A DNA stretch of 64,000 nt from Minisyncoccia bacterium (lineage in GTDB: Bacteria; Patescibacteriota; Minisyncoccia; Phycocordibacterales; UBA9973). The stretch covers positions 2,784-66,783 of the forward strand of contig JBAQNN010000004.1 of the NCBI GenBank assembly GCA_049303835.1, written 5' to 3'. Shown in pieces: positions 38,061 to 48,174 of this stretch. Position 1 is the first letter of the stretch. Every line of letters starts with the position of its first letter. The notes beneath the pieces are model-generated. The model was given only the letters and a program-made list of their open reading frames with translations. It was not told where the DNA came from and did no database searches. The translations under genes and the position numbers were made by a program.

Positions 38061-38861
38061 CTACAAAGTGGTACCAGCAGCCCAACGGGTATTAAAATTC
38101 TGAGTTAAAGTTTTCCTTATATCTTTACCAAATTGATCTGGGATCATAACTATAAGCGATTCTTTACTACCTAAGTCTATTAACCCGTGTCCTATAATTA
38201 AGAATCTATCTTTCGATAAGATATATCTGTCATGAAAATCCCTTGTATTGATCAGACGAATTTCAATCTTTGTTGCAGGGTATTGTTTTTTAAAATGTGT
38301 AATTGCAGTAGTAAGTGCTGTTATTTTCTCTCTTGAACCTTTCTCGCGTGTAAGGAATCTTATTTTAGGATGATATTTAATAAATTCTTCTAAAACATCT
38401 AGAGAGCGGACACCGTAATATGGATCACATATTAATAATTCTCCTTTAGGAATTGATTTAACCAGTTGTTCTAAATTTTGAGTCGCTTCTCTTGGTTTCT
38501 TAGGGTCAATACACACGACATTCAATAGGCCATCTTTTCTAAGACCTTTTAAATGTTTTTCTCCAATAATACTAATTTTTATTCCCTTACCATCTTTTCC
38601 CTTACTAAGCTTGGTGCCGTAGGCAGGAGCCATAGCTTTTTTTAATTTTGTTAATCTAATCGGAATATCTAAATAAGTATCAAGAATGGTTTCAATTTCT
38701 TCGTAAGTTAAATATTCGTTAGAAAATTCATGTTTACTTACATACAGACACCAGAGGCCTAAATCAAGTAATTTTTTTGTTCCAATATCATACACTGAAG
38801 GTATTTCTGTTTGTTTTTTATTTACTGAACCCCACTTTTTCTTTTCGGTGTTTAGAGCCAT
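38061..38861 (-). CDS. Hypothetical island protein with degenerate PLD-like (HxR/K...D...GS) motif, tentative
   Basis: FHDRYILSKD...GHGLIDLGSKE motif. Confidence 0.3.
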   Translation of the reverse strand: MALNTEKKKWGSVNKKQTEIPSVYDIGTKKLLDLGLWCLYVSKHEFSNEYLTYEEIETILDTYLDIPIRLTKLKKAMAPAYGTKLSKGKDGKGIKISIIGEKHLKGLRKDGLLNVVCIDPKKPREATQNLEQLVKSIPKGELLICDPYYGVRSLDVLEEFIKYHPKIRFLTREKGSREKITALTTAITHFKKQYPATKIEIRLINTRDFHDRYILSKDRFLIIGHGLIDLGSKESLIVMIPDQFGKDIRKTLTQNFNTRWAAGTTL

Positions 38862-38867
38862 CTTGTT

Positions 38868-39299
38868 TTAAGAGAAAATATTCATCCAAGTATTTCTAAG
38901 GTGATAAGTTCCATGCTTCTTAGAATCAACCCACCCTGAAGTTTTTGCTGTGACTGAGTAATAAAGATTAAATTTATAACCTAATAAATCTTTCCCCGTC
39001 ATCTTGCTCCATTTTGTGCTTATTGCACTCATTTCTACGTCAACATTAGTCCTACCTTTTGCCATAAATGCAAGCAAAAGAGTAAATTTCTTTGGCCCGC
39101 TCATTCCCTTAGCGTAAGTTTTTATAAAATTTCTCTCATTAAGCGAAAAATCTACATTAGATACAGCGGATCTCTCACCCTTCTTTTTTACTCTATTTGA
39201 GATTAGAATTTTTCCGGATGCAGACTCTAGAGCGTCAAGACAGGTATTAATAATTTTTTGTGCTTTTTTTAATTCAAAAACAATCTCTTCTTTTTTCAT
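38868..39299 (-). CDS. Hypothetical island protein
   Basis: ORF only. Confidence 0.35.
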   Translation of the reverse strand: MKKEEIVFELKKAQKIINTCLDALESASGKILISNRVKKKGERSAVSNVDFSLNERNFIKTYAKGMSGPKKFTLLLAFMAKGRTNVDVEMSAISTKWSKMTGKDLLGYKFNLYYSVTAKTSGWVDSKKHGTYHLRNTWMNIFS

Positions 39300-39302
39300 A
39301 TC

Positions 39303-39638
39303 TTATTTTCTTTTTACATATACCTTCTGACCTGATTCTTCAAGAGCAGTTAAAAAACCCTTTTTATCAGAAAGTCTATTTAAGGTTGTTTGCACAACCG
39401 ATATCTTGTAATGATAATCATTCTTTGCAAGTTCCTCTAATACTTCTCGCGCTGTATGTTTTTTAGAAAAATAATTTTTAGATACAAGAAATAAAACACC
39501 TCCTTTTGTTCCAGTAAAATTGATGCTACTAGAAGCAGGAGTTACTACCTTCTTTTTACCTTTGGGAAAGACAAAAGTCTCAAGTCTATCTAGGCGTTTC
39601 AGTATATTAATTATTTCTTTGTTTATTTTATCCGACAT
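39303..39638 (-). CDS. Small basic protein with wHTH-like C-terminus (paralogous architecture to next gene)
   Basis: Start taken at MSDKIN. Confidence 0.35.
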   Translation of the reverse strand: MSDKINKEIINILKRLDRLETFVFPKGKKKVVTPASSSINFTGTKGGVLFLVSKNYFSKKHTAREVLEELAKNDYHYKISVVQTTLNRLSDKKGFLTALEESGQKVYVKRK

Positions 39639-40002
39639 ATAGCCAACGCTTTTTATCTTTAATCCTTCGCAACTCACGCTTACGTACCAGACGAAGCACT
39701 GTCGATGAAAGAGTGGTAACTGGATAATAGTGGCCATGTTCTTCCAGGGCAATCTTGATCACACCAAGCTCTTTGGGTTTTTTAAAAAAACCACCATCAA
39801 TTAATTCTGCAATCAAGGTTGCGGGTGTTGGCTTGGAAGGAGTTTTCCCACTCGGTTTCATTTTTTGAAAAACAGGTTTTTCTTTATTCCTGCTGGGAGA
39901 TATGCCACCCTGAATTTGAACGATCAGCTCAGCAACCTCCCTAGGAGTTCCTTCTACTGTTATTGTTGCACCATTTTTATTTTTTATATTTGCTTTAGCC
40001 AT
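39628..40002 (-). CDS. Small basic protein with wHTH-like C-terminus
   Basis: Lys/Pro-rich linker followed by a predicted wHTH. Confidence 0.35.
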   Translation of the reverse strand: MAKANIKNKNGATITVEGTPREVAELIVQIQGGISPSRNKEKPVFQKMKPSGKTPSKPTPATLIAELIDGGFFKKPKELGVIKIALEEHGHYYPVTTLSSTVLRLVRKRELRRIKDKKRWLYVG

Positions 40003-40151
40003 GTATTCACTTATTCAAGTATACTAAGTATATATGAATAAGTGAATAAAGTCAAGGCATTTTCTGATTATTATACAAGATAGTAATTTACCATAAAGTT
40101 ATCCACTCATTCACTAGACTTAATAAGTGTTCAGAGTATGTTGTGTGTTGT

Positions 40152-41474
40152 ATGGATAATACACAAACATATGGGGCTCAGATAGGGTTTCCGGCGTTCG
40201 TAGCCCAAGAGCAGATTAAATACTGCCTATATGCTCGTAAATCAAGCGAGGCGGAAGAAAAACAAGCTCTTTCAGTAGATTCTCAAATAAAAGAAATGCT
40301 CACGGTGGCACAAAGAGAGAACCTTAATATTGTTGATATGTATAGAGAATCCCATTCCGCCAAGGATTGTGGACAGCGTCCAGTTTTCAATAAGCTTCTA
40401 GTTGATATTCGTGAAGGAAAATTTAACGGAATAATGGTGTGGCACCCAGACAGATTGAGTCGAAACGCCGGCGACCTTGGAGCAATTGTTGATCTTCTAG
40501 ATCAAAAGAAATTAATTGAAATCAGAACTTATAGTCAGAGGTTCACAAATAATCCAAATGAAAAATTCTTACTAATGATTCTTGGATCACAAGCAAAACT
40601 TGAGAATGATAATAAAAGTGTAAATGTAAAACGTGGACTTAAAGCAAAATGTGAAATGGGACTATGGCCTTCAGTTGCACCTACGGGTTATCTAAACTCA
40701 AAAAATAAAGACCAGCCCGGAGTTGTATTTGTAGATCCTATACGAGCACCCATCATGAAAGAAATATTTGTAAAAGTTGGTCATCAAGGTTGGAGCGGAA
40801 GAAAAGTATTTAGATGGCTTAATGAAATAAAATTTGTTACTAAGACTGGGAAAGCGCTCACTCTTAGTAATGTTTATATTATTTTAAATAATAATTTTTA
40901 TCACGGTACTTTTGAATACCCAAAAGGTAGTGGCAGATGGTTTTTAGGTAAGCACATTCCACTTATCAGTAAAGACTTATTCGATGACACACAGAAACAG
41001 CTTCACCTACAGTTAAGATCTCATGTGAGAAATAAGGAGTTCGCTTTTACCAAGATGTTAACCTGCGGTAATTGTGGCTCTGGAGTAACAGCACAAGAAA
41101 AATACAAAACACTAAAAGATGGCACAGTTAATAAATATATCTATTATGGTTGCACTAGAGCAAGAGATATTAATTGCAAAGAAGGGTATATCGAGGAAAA
41201 AATATTAATTAGTAATCTTTTAGAAATCATAAATCAAATTGATTTAGATAAATCTGGGATCAAGAAAAAGCTTGAGGTAGAAATTGAGCGACATAAGAAA
41301 TTCCATTCGGGCATCATGGGTAAACCAAAAGAAGAGTATTCAGCTCAGGATGCTGATATAAGAAATTATGCCAAATACTTACTTACTGACGGATCAGTAT
41401 TTGAAAAGAGAGACTTATTGGGATGTTTAAAAAGTAAAATAGAGTTAAAAAATAAGAAGATTAATATTACTTAA
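40152..41474 (+). CDS. Large serine recombinase (resolvase catalytic domain, recombinase domain and Zn-ribbon)
   Basis: YARKSSEAEEKQALSVDSQ catalytic Ser region; CGNCGS zinc ribbon; coiled-coil tail. Confidence 0.85.
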   Translation: MDNTQTYGAQIGFPAFVAQEQIKYCLYARKSSEAEEKQALSVDSQIKEMLTVAQRENLNIVDMYRESHSAKDCGQRPVFNKLLVDIREGKFNGIMVWHPDRLSRNAGDLGAIVDLLDQKKLIEIRTYSQRFTNNPNEKFLLMILGSQAKLENDNKSVNVKRGLKAKCEMGLWPSVAPTGYLNSKNKDQPGVVFVDPIRAPIMKEIFVKVGHQGWSGRKVFRWLNEIKFVTKTGKALTLSNVYIILNNNFYHGTFEYPKGSGRWFLGKHIPLISKDLFDDTQKQLHLQLRSHVRNKEFAFTKMLTCGNCGSGVTAQEKYKTLKDGTVNKYIYYGCTRARDINCKEGYIEEKILISNLLEIINQIDLDKSGIKKKLEVEIERHKKFHSGIMGKPKEEYSAQDADIRNYAKYLLTDGSVFEKRDLLGCLKSKIELKNKKINIT

Positions 41475-42618
41475 TCTTTAAGATCGATTCAGTAGTCTTG
41501 TCATAAGAATAATTAACGATCTCACCTTTGATGATCAAATCAATCGCACTTCCGATCACCATAATTGGAGCAATGAACCACTCCTTTGGAATATAATTTT
41601 TTCCATGATTGTCAGTGATCTCAATGTCTAAACATGAATCACTAAAAAAGCGATGTATTAATCTCTCGAATCTTTGAGGGTTCATATTAAAGCATTTATA
41701 TGTAGCAACAATAGAAACTGGAGCCATAAGATAAGTAGGGTCTTGAATTGCATTTTTTATACGATCTTCAATACTAGTAGTCGAAAAGCCAATTTTGAAA
41801 AGATTTTTTGCACTAGCAATTCTAGGGTTATCACTTAAAGATTTTAGAACATATATATATCCAGTTTCTAAATCTTCATCTTCAATATTATTAATATTTT
41901 GCAAATCAGTAATTATTCTTCCTTGGTTAGCATGCAAACCATCAACAAGTGAGCGTAAAAACATATTAGATTCTGTACCGTTTTCAAAAATAATTCTTAA
42001 TCTAGAGTTAAATTTTCTTTGTTCATTTTTTGCAAGATTCCCAATATCTTGAACAAGTCCAACTAGTCCGCCTAAAACAAAGAAAGTTCCTATTTTAATT
42101 TGAGTTCTGTTTTCGAATGGAATTATTACTTTTTTCTTTTCATGCAAAAGATTTCTCATTTCGTTAAACACTTGTTCGAACTTTGAAAAATCAGAACAGG
42201 GTTTTCTTCGCGCAATAAAATCCGCAGTGTTAACTATTTTTCTTTGCGGAACATTCTTTATATTAAAAACAGAACTATCTTCAATAGAAAGTAGATCTAA
42301 GTCATCGTCTTCAAAAATATCACTTACTGTATCAATATCTTTTTTTTCAATCTTTAAAAGACCATGAGTATCATACTTACTTAGAAAGTCCCTTTGTTCC
42401 TTATTTTCTCTGATGTGTTTAAGACGTGATGCGAGCTTATGTTCATGAATATCTCCACCACTCTTTGGTTCAGTGTTGTGCAACGAAAAGAACTCATTTA
42501 TTTCCATAAATGATTCTGATAGCCGATCATCAGGTGTAGCAGAAACAGCCTTCTTGTCTATATCAAGAAGTCCTAAATCGTCATCGTTTATTAAATCTAG
42601 TAAATCGTTTTTATTCAT
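41467..42618 (-). CDS. T5orf172 (GIY-YIG-like) domain protein with tandem acidic DDDLGLLDI N-terminal motifs
   Basis: GYIYVLKS...FKIGFSTTSIEDRIKNA; last gene of the tightly coupled operon. Confidence 0.55.
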   Translation of the reverse strand: MNKNDLLDLINDDDLGLLDIDKKAVSATPDDRLSESFMEINEFFSLHNTEPKSGGDIHEHKLASRLKHIRENKEQRDFLSKYDTHGLLKIEKKDIDTVSDIFEDDDLDLLSIEDSSVFNIKNVPQRKIVNTADFIARRKPCSDFSKFEQVFNEMRNLLHEKKKVIIPFENRTQIKIGTFFVLGGLVGLVQDIGNLAKNEQRKFNSRLRIIFENGTESNMFLRSLVDGLHANQGRIITDLQNINNIEDEDLETGYIYVLKSLSDNPRIASAKNLFKIGFSTTSIEDRIKNAIQDPTYLMAPVSIVATYKCFNMNPQRFERLIHRFFSDSCLDIEITDNHGKNYIPKEWFIAPIMVIGSAIDLIIKGEIVNYSYDKTTESILKIK

Positions 42619-42619
42619 A

Positions 42620-44566
42620 TTAACTATTTAAATTATCTGTCTTAATCTTTATAAGATAAAGCCTTGCTTCTCCAAGCCTCTTTTCTAGAGGGTCAGAAGA
42701 ATTATGGTCAGGATTTCTTCCTGTACGTTTCTTGAATTCATTCATTTTTGGCCATAGAATTTTAACCTCCTCTGGAGTCATTTCAATTCGCGAAGAATCA
42801 ATAGTATCTTGAATGACTTTAAGAATACTCGATGTGACCGATTTTGAAAGTATTTCAAAAGCTTCTTGAAATGGATTAATTTTGTCGATAAGGTCAATAT
42901 TAAGTTCATCTATATTTACAAACTGTCCTGCCATTCTTACGAATTTCTTATCTCCAACTTCTTTGATTTCTCCGTTCTTGATCACAGAATCGACTACAAC
43001 ATGCTGACGCACTTCCTCAACTTCAAGATCGGTAAGATCAGGATATTTCATTTGAATAATCTTCGGGATCATCACTTTGTTTATTACCTCAGGGTCAACA
43101 TTTCCAGGCAAAGCCTTAATCATCTGATCATCCTGAAGAATTGAAGCTTTTAGATCGTTGATATCAGAATCAATAATCTCACGAACTCGATCAGTGCTTG
43201 GAGCCTTAAATCCGTTTACTTTGATTTCACCTGGAGTAAAGGCTGTGTCGTCATTTGGGAATCGTGGCTTGAAGTTGTAGTGCGGAGCCATGACTTGTTC
43301 CATAAGTAAAGAACAAGTAATAGCTTTCAACATGTTATTTACCGACACCTTAACTTCTCCATCTTTTGCATCTGGTTGTGCGATGAGGTTTGTAAACTGT
43401 GCGTGTTTTTTATTTGCACTATCACGAGTACAACGACCAATGATCTGAATAATTTCAGTAAGTGAACTACGGTAGCCGATAGTTAAAGCATGTTCACAGT
43501 ACGGCCAATCAAAACCTTCTTTTGCCATACCAAGAGCAATAATGATGTCCATATCCTCCTCCTTTTTCATTGTGCGGAGATAGTTTGAAATCTTTTCACG
43601 ATGCTTCGAATCATCTTCAACAAGATTTGCTATTTTTAGAATTTTTCCATCACGATCACGCCTGATTGTGTAAACTCCAGTTTCTTCGTCTACGCTAACT
43701 GTTGATCCGTCACCAATGATATCAAGTATCATGTTTACTTCTTGATATTTATCTTTCATAGACTCACCTGCGTTTACGTTTGGAATGTGAACAATAGTTT
43801 TTTTATCTGTATCTAAAACTTCCGCAATAGCAGAGATGTACTTACCTTGGTAAAAGTGATATCCAATGCCCAAGGTCTTTAAATAGGTGTAGCCATTCAA
43901 TTGCTGATAGTAGTTGTATGTTACTTTCTGAAACTTTGCCTCATCTTGTGGTAACAATATCGCAACACCATCTCCTCGGAAGTATGATCCTGTCATCGCA
44001 ATAATATGCGCGTTTGAGTTTGTCATTATTCCATGCAAAACTCGTCCTAAAATACTGCTTTCTTTATCAGCAGCTACATGATGAAATTCGTCGATAGCTA
44101 GTAGGGTATCATTAAATTTAAGGTCTTCAATTTGCTCGCAAGCAAATCTTAGTGTTGCGTGAGTACAAATAAGAATCTTCTCGTCGTTATCCATAAAATT
44201 CTTGAATGCTTCAACTTTGCCTTTGGCATTATCAAGACCTGGAGTACAGAGGTTGTAATTATCGTTGGGTTTCCAGTCAGCGAAGAATCCACCTTGAGTT
44301 AGGTTTGTTTCACTGAAAGATCCACCAATAGATTTTTCAGGAACGGCAACGATAACCTTTTTGATTCCTTGATTAGCAAGTTTGTCTAAAGCAAGAAACA
44401 TCAATGCTCTTGATTTTCCAGATGCAGGGGGTGCTTTCAAAAGGAGGTATTGAGCACCTCTTTTCTCAAATGCTTTTGCCTGCATTTCACGCATACCAAG
44501 TTCATTGAGTTTGGTACTTTGTCCTGTTTGCGCGTATGTTGCTTCTGCTACTTGAATTGTTTTCAT
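42620..44566 (-). CDS. SF2 DEAD/DEAH-box helicase (Type III res-subunit-like ATPase)
   Basis: Motif I PPASGKS, motif II DEFHH, motif VI QIIGRCTR. Confidence 0.8.
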   Translation of the reverse strand: MKTIQVAEATYAQTGQSTKLNELGMREMQAKAFEKRGAQYLLLKAPPASGKSRALMFLALDKLANQGIKKVIVAVPEKSIGGSFSETNLTQGGFFADWKPNDNYNLCTPGLDNAKGKVEAFKNFMDNDEKILICTHATLRFACEQIEDLKFNDTLLAIDEFHHVAADKESSILGRVLHGIMTNSNAHIIAMTGSYFRGDGVAILLPQDEAKFQKVTYNYYQQLNGYTYLKTLGIGYHFYQGKYISAIAEVLDTDKKTIVHIPNVNAGESMKDKYQEVNMILDIIGDGSTVSVDEETGVYTIRRDRDGKILKIANLVEDDSKHREKISNYLRTMKKEEDMDIIIALGMAKEGFDWPYCEHALTIGYRSSLTEIIQIIGRCTRDSANKKHAQFTNLIAQPDAKDGEVKVSVNNMLKAITCSLLMEQVMAPHYNFKPRFPNDDTAFTPGEIKVNGFKAPSTDRVREIIDSDINDLKASILQDDQMIKALPGNVDPEVINKVMIPKIIQMKYPDLTDLEVEEVRQHVVVDSVIKNGEIKEVGDKKFVRMAGQFVNIDELNIDLIDKINPFQEAFEILSKSVTSSILKVIQDTIDSSRIEMTPEEVKILWPKMNEFKKRTGRNPDHNSSDPLEKRLGEARLYLIKIKTDNLNS

Positions 44567-44570
44567 AGTA

Positions 44571-47249
44571 TTATTGGTTAGTTTTTCTAGTAATCATTTC
44601 TTCGTAAAGTTTAAACAAGTGGGCTAGTCGATCCTCGTCACTTTCAAATGGTTTACTTCGGTATATTTGATCAATAGCGAGATCTAAATATTTGTGAGCT
44701 TCCCGTAGTCCATCTGGCATCTTATCTGGATCATATAGGTCTGCCATCGTCTTTTCTGGATATTTCTCACGCTCTTCAAGAATGTTGTATACATGACTAG
44801 TGAGCGACTCTTTTTGTTTAGGTGTTATCTCAGGAAAAGGAAAATTATTGTACACAATATCCTTTGAATAACTCAATCTTGTTTCGAACTTTCCTCCTAC
44901 TGCTCTAACCCATGCCATATGCATTCTTGAAGTAATGACACTAAACAAATATAAATTTTCCGCTGGTACAATGTAACAACTATCCGTGATAATTGAATCC
45001 TTGCCTGCTATACCAATTGGAATATATTGTCTCCTTTCGGAAGAAACACGAGGAACAAAAATATAATCAATACTTTCTTTTTGAGTAATTTGTGCAAACA
45101 AATGAGGGATATTTGCAAGTTTCGGCCTTGAAGATGCTAACCTAATCTTCTCTACACTATCAACAATCTTTTTAATGGCAGGTATGTCCTTAAGTTTACT
45201 AAGGGCATCATTCTTCATCCATAAACAATAACGACTTCCGCCATTTAAAAAAGTATCAGAAGTTACTAATTTTTTAATATATTTTTGTGATCTTGGTTCA
45301 GTTGCTAAAAAAGAATCTTTCTCCTGGGTTGATAAAATCAATTTACCTCCATCTGCTGCCATGTTTCCAAAGTTTATTTCAGGGAAAGATGAGAGTGGTT
45401 TACTTCTTGAGTGCACAAAGATTGTCTTTCCTTCAACTAAATAAGGATTGATTTCCTTAGCGTTAACATATTGATGCTCTGTATATATACGTTTATTTTT
45501 AAAACCTGGATTCGACAGTCCAATAATTACACATGTTACACCCGCATTTCCCTTAGCAAGATTTTTCCATTTAAAAGATTGGTAACCAAAAATTATCTCG
45601 ACATTTTGTTTAAAAATAAGTGGCCACAACATGGAAACCTGTTCTCCTTGTGTCACAGAATTAGTAGAAACTAATGCTCCTTTAATTAAATTGAATCCTG
45701 ATATATATTGAGCCATTTTAAAATACCAAATAGACACATAATCTAGAGATTTATACAATCGTGTATTATTCTTAAAAACAAACTCAATATCAGATTTTTG
45801 CTCTTCTTTTTGCTTTCTAGAACCTTCAAATGGAGGATTACCGACAACATATATCTCGTGTTCTCCAACAGTTTGATCTCTACGAGGACAAACTTCATTC
45901 CAATCCACTCGTGTCGCATTGGCGCAAACAATCTTTCCGCTCTCTTTAAGAGGAAGTGTTGCTTTCATAATTCCAAACATTCCGTCAAAATACTGGTTCA
46001 TCTGGTGCTGAGCTAACCAAAGTGAAAGTCGTGCGATCTCATGTGCAAAGTCATCTATTTCTATTCCGTAAAATGAATTTAGCGAAACCCCTGAATACGA
46101 CATCATTTGATGTCCGAGGTCTTTGGCGTAACTAATTATTTTTGACTCTAACTTCGAGAGTTCTTTATAGGAAATAATAAGAAAATTACCTGATCCACAA
46201 GCAGGGTCAAAAATCTTAATTTTTGAAACTCTTTCACGAAGTTTTGTAAGTTTCTTAATATCATTCTTTGAATTTTCCAATTCCTCATAAAGATCATTCA
46301 AAAAGAGAGGTTCAATGACTTTCATTATATTGGGAACAGAAGTGTAGTGCATTCCCAAGTTTTCTCGTTGACCAGGATGAACAACAGCCTGAATCATAGA
46401 TCCAAAAATATCTGGGTTAATTGAACTCCAATCCAACTTTCCACATTCAATAATTAGTTTTCGTGAACTTGCGGTAAATGTTGGTAATTTAATCTTACTT
46501 TCAAAAAGACCTCCGTTTACATATGGAAATTCCAAGAAATGTGACGCGAATTTCGATCGATCAGAATCTTTAGTATTTAAAATATCAAAAAGTGTAGAAA
46601 AGTAAGTATCCATCTCGTCTCCATTTTCGTGAGTGTGAGATGTTACAGAATTAGTAAACATTCCTGTTGTAGGGAATATGCCCGTATCTTCAGCAAAGAA
46701 ACAGAATAAAAGACGTGAAAGAAATATGTTTAGATCGTGACTGTTGTTTTTATAGTATTCAGGATCGTCGCTTACAATTGCCTGATACAACTTATCCATT
46801 TTGTAGGCGGCACGAATATCAGCAGGATTTTCATTTACATGTTGAGATTTTTCCATTCCACACCATGGCAAGAAGAATGCATAGTGTTTACCAAGATCTT
46901 CGATTTGAATATCAAGTGTTTCTTTTGTTTTTGTATCAATTGCCAAAAATGTTACAAAATCCGTAACAATAATAAAACGTGGGTTGAACTTGTATGAACT
47001 CTTGTCTTTTTGAAAAATATCAATAGCGACATGCTCGTCTTCTTCGAGGGTAGTTATATGGAAAAGTACCTTGTTCTTTAAGATAATTTGATCATTCTTG
47101 CCAGATAATTTAGAAGGATTTTTAGACAGCAAAGAAATGGTGCTTTTCGGCAATTCATACACTGAAAGCAGATCAAAGATAAACGATTCTTTGGAAAAGT
47201 TTTGACTTAGATTTTCAAGATTTTCTTGTAAGGTTGCTAAATTGATCAT
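44571..47249 (-). CDS. MmeI-family Type IIL restriction-modification enzyme (N-terminal PD-DxK nuclease, gamma-class N6A MTase, TRD)
   Basis: RLLFCFFAEDTGIF, FPYVNGGLFE, IFDPACGSGNFL (motif I), VVGNPPF (motif IV), STNSVTQGEQVSMLWP. Colinear with MmeI (recalled from memory, no alignment run). N-terminal D-x8-DTK. Confidence 0.8.
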   Translation of the reverse strand: MINLATLQENLENLSQNFSKESFIFDLLSVYELPKSTISLLSKNPSKLSGKNDQIILKNKVLFHITTLEEDEHVAIDIFQKDKSSYKFNPRFIIVTDFVTFLAIDTKTKETLDIQIEDLGKHYAFFLPWCGMEKSQHVNENPADIRAAYKMDKLYQAIVSDDPEYYKNNSHDLNIFLSRLLFCFFAEDTGIFPTTGMFTNSVTSHTHENGDEMDTYFSTLFDILNTKDSDRSKFASHFLEFPYVNGGLFESKIKLPTFTASSRKLIIECGKLDWSSINPDIFGSMIQAVVHPGQRENLGMHYTSVPNIMKVIEPLFLNDLYEELENSKNDIKKLTKLRERVSKIKIFDPACGSGNFLIISYKELSKLESKIISYAKDLGHQMMSYSGVSLNSFYGIEIDDFAHEIARLSLWLAQHQMNQYFDGMFGIMKATLPLKESGKIVCANATRVDWNEVCPRRDQTVGEHEIYVVGNPPFEGSRKQKEEQKSDIEFVFKNNTRLYKSLDYVSIWYFKMAQYISGFNLIKGALVSTNSVTQGEQVSMLWPLIFKQNVEIIFGYQSFKWKNLAKGNAGVTCVIIGLSNPGFKNKRIYTEHQYVNAKEINPYLVEGKTIFVHSRSKPLSSFPEINFGNMAADGGKLILSTQEKDSFLATEPRSQKYIKKLVTSDTFLNGGSRYCLWMKNDALSKLKDIPAIKKIVDSVEKIRLASSRPKLANIPHLFAQITQKESIDYIFVPRVSSERRQYIPIGIAGKDSIITDSCYIVPAENLYLFSVITSRMHMAWVRAVGGKFETRLSYSKDIVYNNFPFPEITPKQKESLTSHVYNILEEREKYPEKTMADLYDPDKMPDGLREAHKYLDLAIDQIYRSKPFESDEDRLAHLFKLYEEMITRKTNQ

Positions 47250-47252
47250 AAA

Positions 47253-47459
47253 TTATTTAAAAAGCTCATCAACTGGAACTTTTAAAGCTTTCGCTAGATT
47301 GGCAATTGTTGAAAGTGTTGGATTGTTTTTTCCGTTTTCAATATTACTAACGAAAGACTTATCTACATTGAGAGTCTCGGCAAGTTCTGTCTGAGTAATA
47401 TTTTTCTTAGTTCTAATCTTCTTGAGATTTTCTCCTAGTTTTTTAGCATCATCTTTCAT
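47253..47459 (-). CDS. XRE-family HTH regulator (C-protein/controller-like)
   Basis: QTELAETLNVDKSFVSNIENGK HTH. Confidence 0.8.
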   Translation of the reverse strand: MKDDAKKLGENLKKIRTKKNITQTELAETLNVDKSFVSNIENGKNNPTLSTIANLAKALKVPVDELFK

Positions 47460-47625
47460 AAAAAGATTATATCATAAATAGTTGTATTAAACTACAACAA
47501 AAAATCACCACTTTGTTAATGGTGATTTTTTGCTCTGAATACTGCACTCAGCAGGTATGTCGTGACTGCATAGGTATCTGTTTAGTTTCTGACCCCTCTA
47601 GGTCCATCGATACTAAACTAGACTG

Positions 47626-47696
47626 CTGGGAGACTTGGATTCGAACCAAGATATCATCCTCCAGAGGGATGAGTCCTACCATTAGACGATCTCCCA
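47626..47696 (-). tRNA. tRNA-Gln (anticodon CUG)
   Basis: Hand-folded cloverleaf: U1-A72 acceptor, T-loop TTCGAAT, anticodon loop CTCTGGA. Confidence 0.75.
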
Positions 47697-47765
47697 ATCG
47701 TTATTCTTACAATAGTATAAAATCACCTTTTTATCAAATTGATTCCGAAGCAAAAAAGGAGTATA

Positions 47766-48092
47766 ATTAACGGTATGATTATACTTTTTATTATAGGAAT
47801 TTTACTCGGTGCTATGGCTGTAGTTTTCGCTTTACAAAATATTGCTGTTATCACGGTGACTTTCTTTTCTTGGGAGCTCACTGGCTCTCTCGCTCTCGTT
47901 TTATTGATGACTATCCTCTCAGGGATGCTTATCTCCATCTTTCTTTTGCTCCCGCAATTTATCAGAAATCATTTTAAGTTTAAAAATCTGCAAAAAGAAA
48001 AAGAGAACCTCACAGAGGAACTCAGAAAACAAAAAGAGCTCACTATTTTTGCCAAGAGACCCACAGAGGTAGAGGCAACCGATGTGTTATAA
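47766..48092 (+). CDS. LapA-domain-like (DUF1049) small membrane protein
   Basis: Two TMs followed by a charged coiled tail. Confidence 0.45.
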   Translation: MNGMIILFIIGILLGAMAVVFALQNIAVITVTFFSWELTGSLALVLLMTILSGMLISIFLLLPQFIRNHFKFKNLQKEKENLTEELRKQKELTIFAKRPTEVEATDVL

Positions 48093-48174
48093 AGAACTCC
48101 CCTAGCTCAACTCTATTTAGATCCGCAAAACTTCTGCTATAATATTTCTATTAGCATTAAATTAATAAAAATAT

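Larger units (their letters stand above)
38061..47696. mobile_element. Putative integrated island bounded by tRNA-Gln and carrying a large serine recombinase, a defence operon and 4 ORFans
   Basis: Recombinase present. tRNA lies at one edge. Island genes are absent from typical core genomes. Boundaries are not defined (no att repeat found by eye). Confidence 0.35.
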
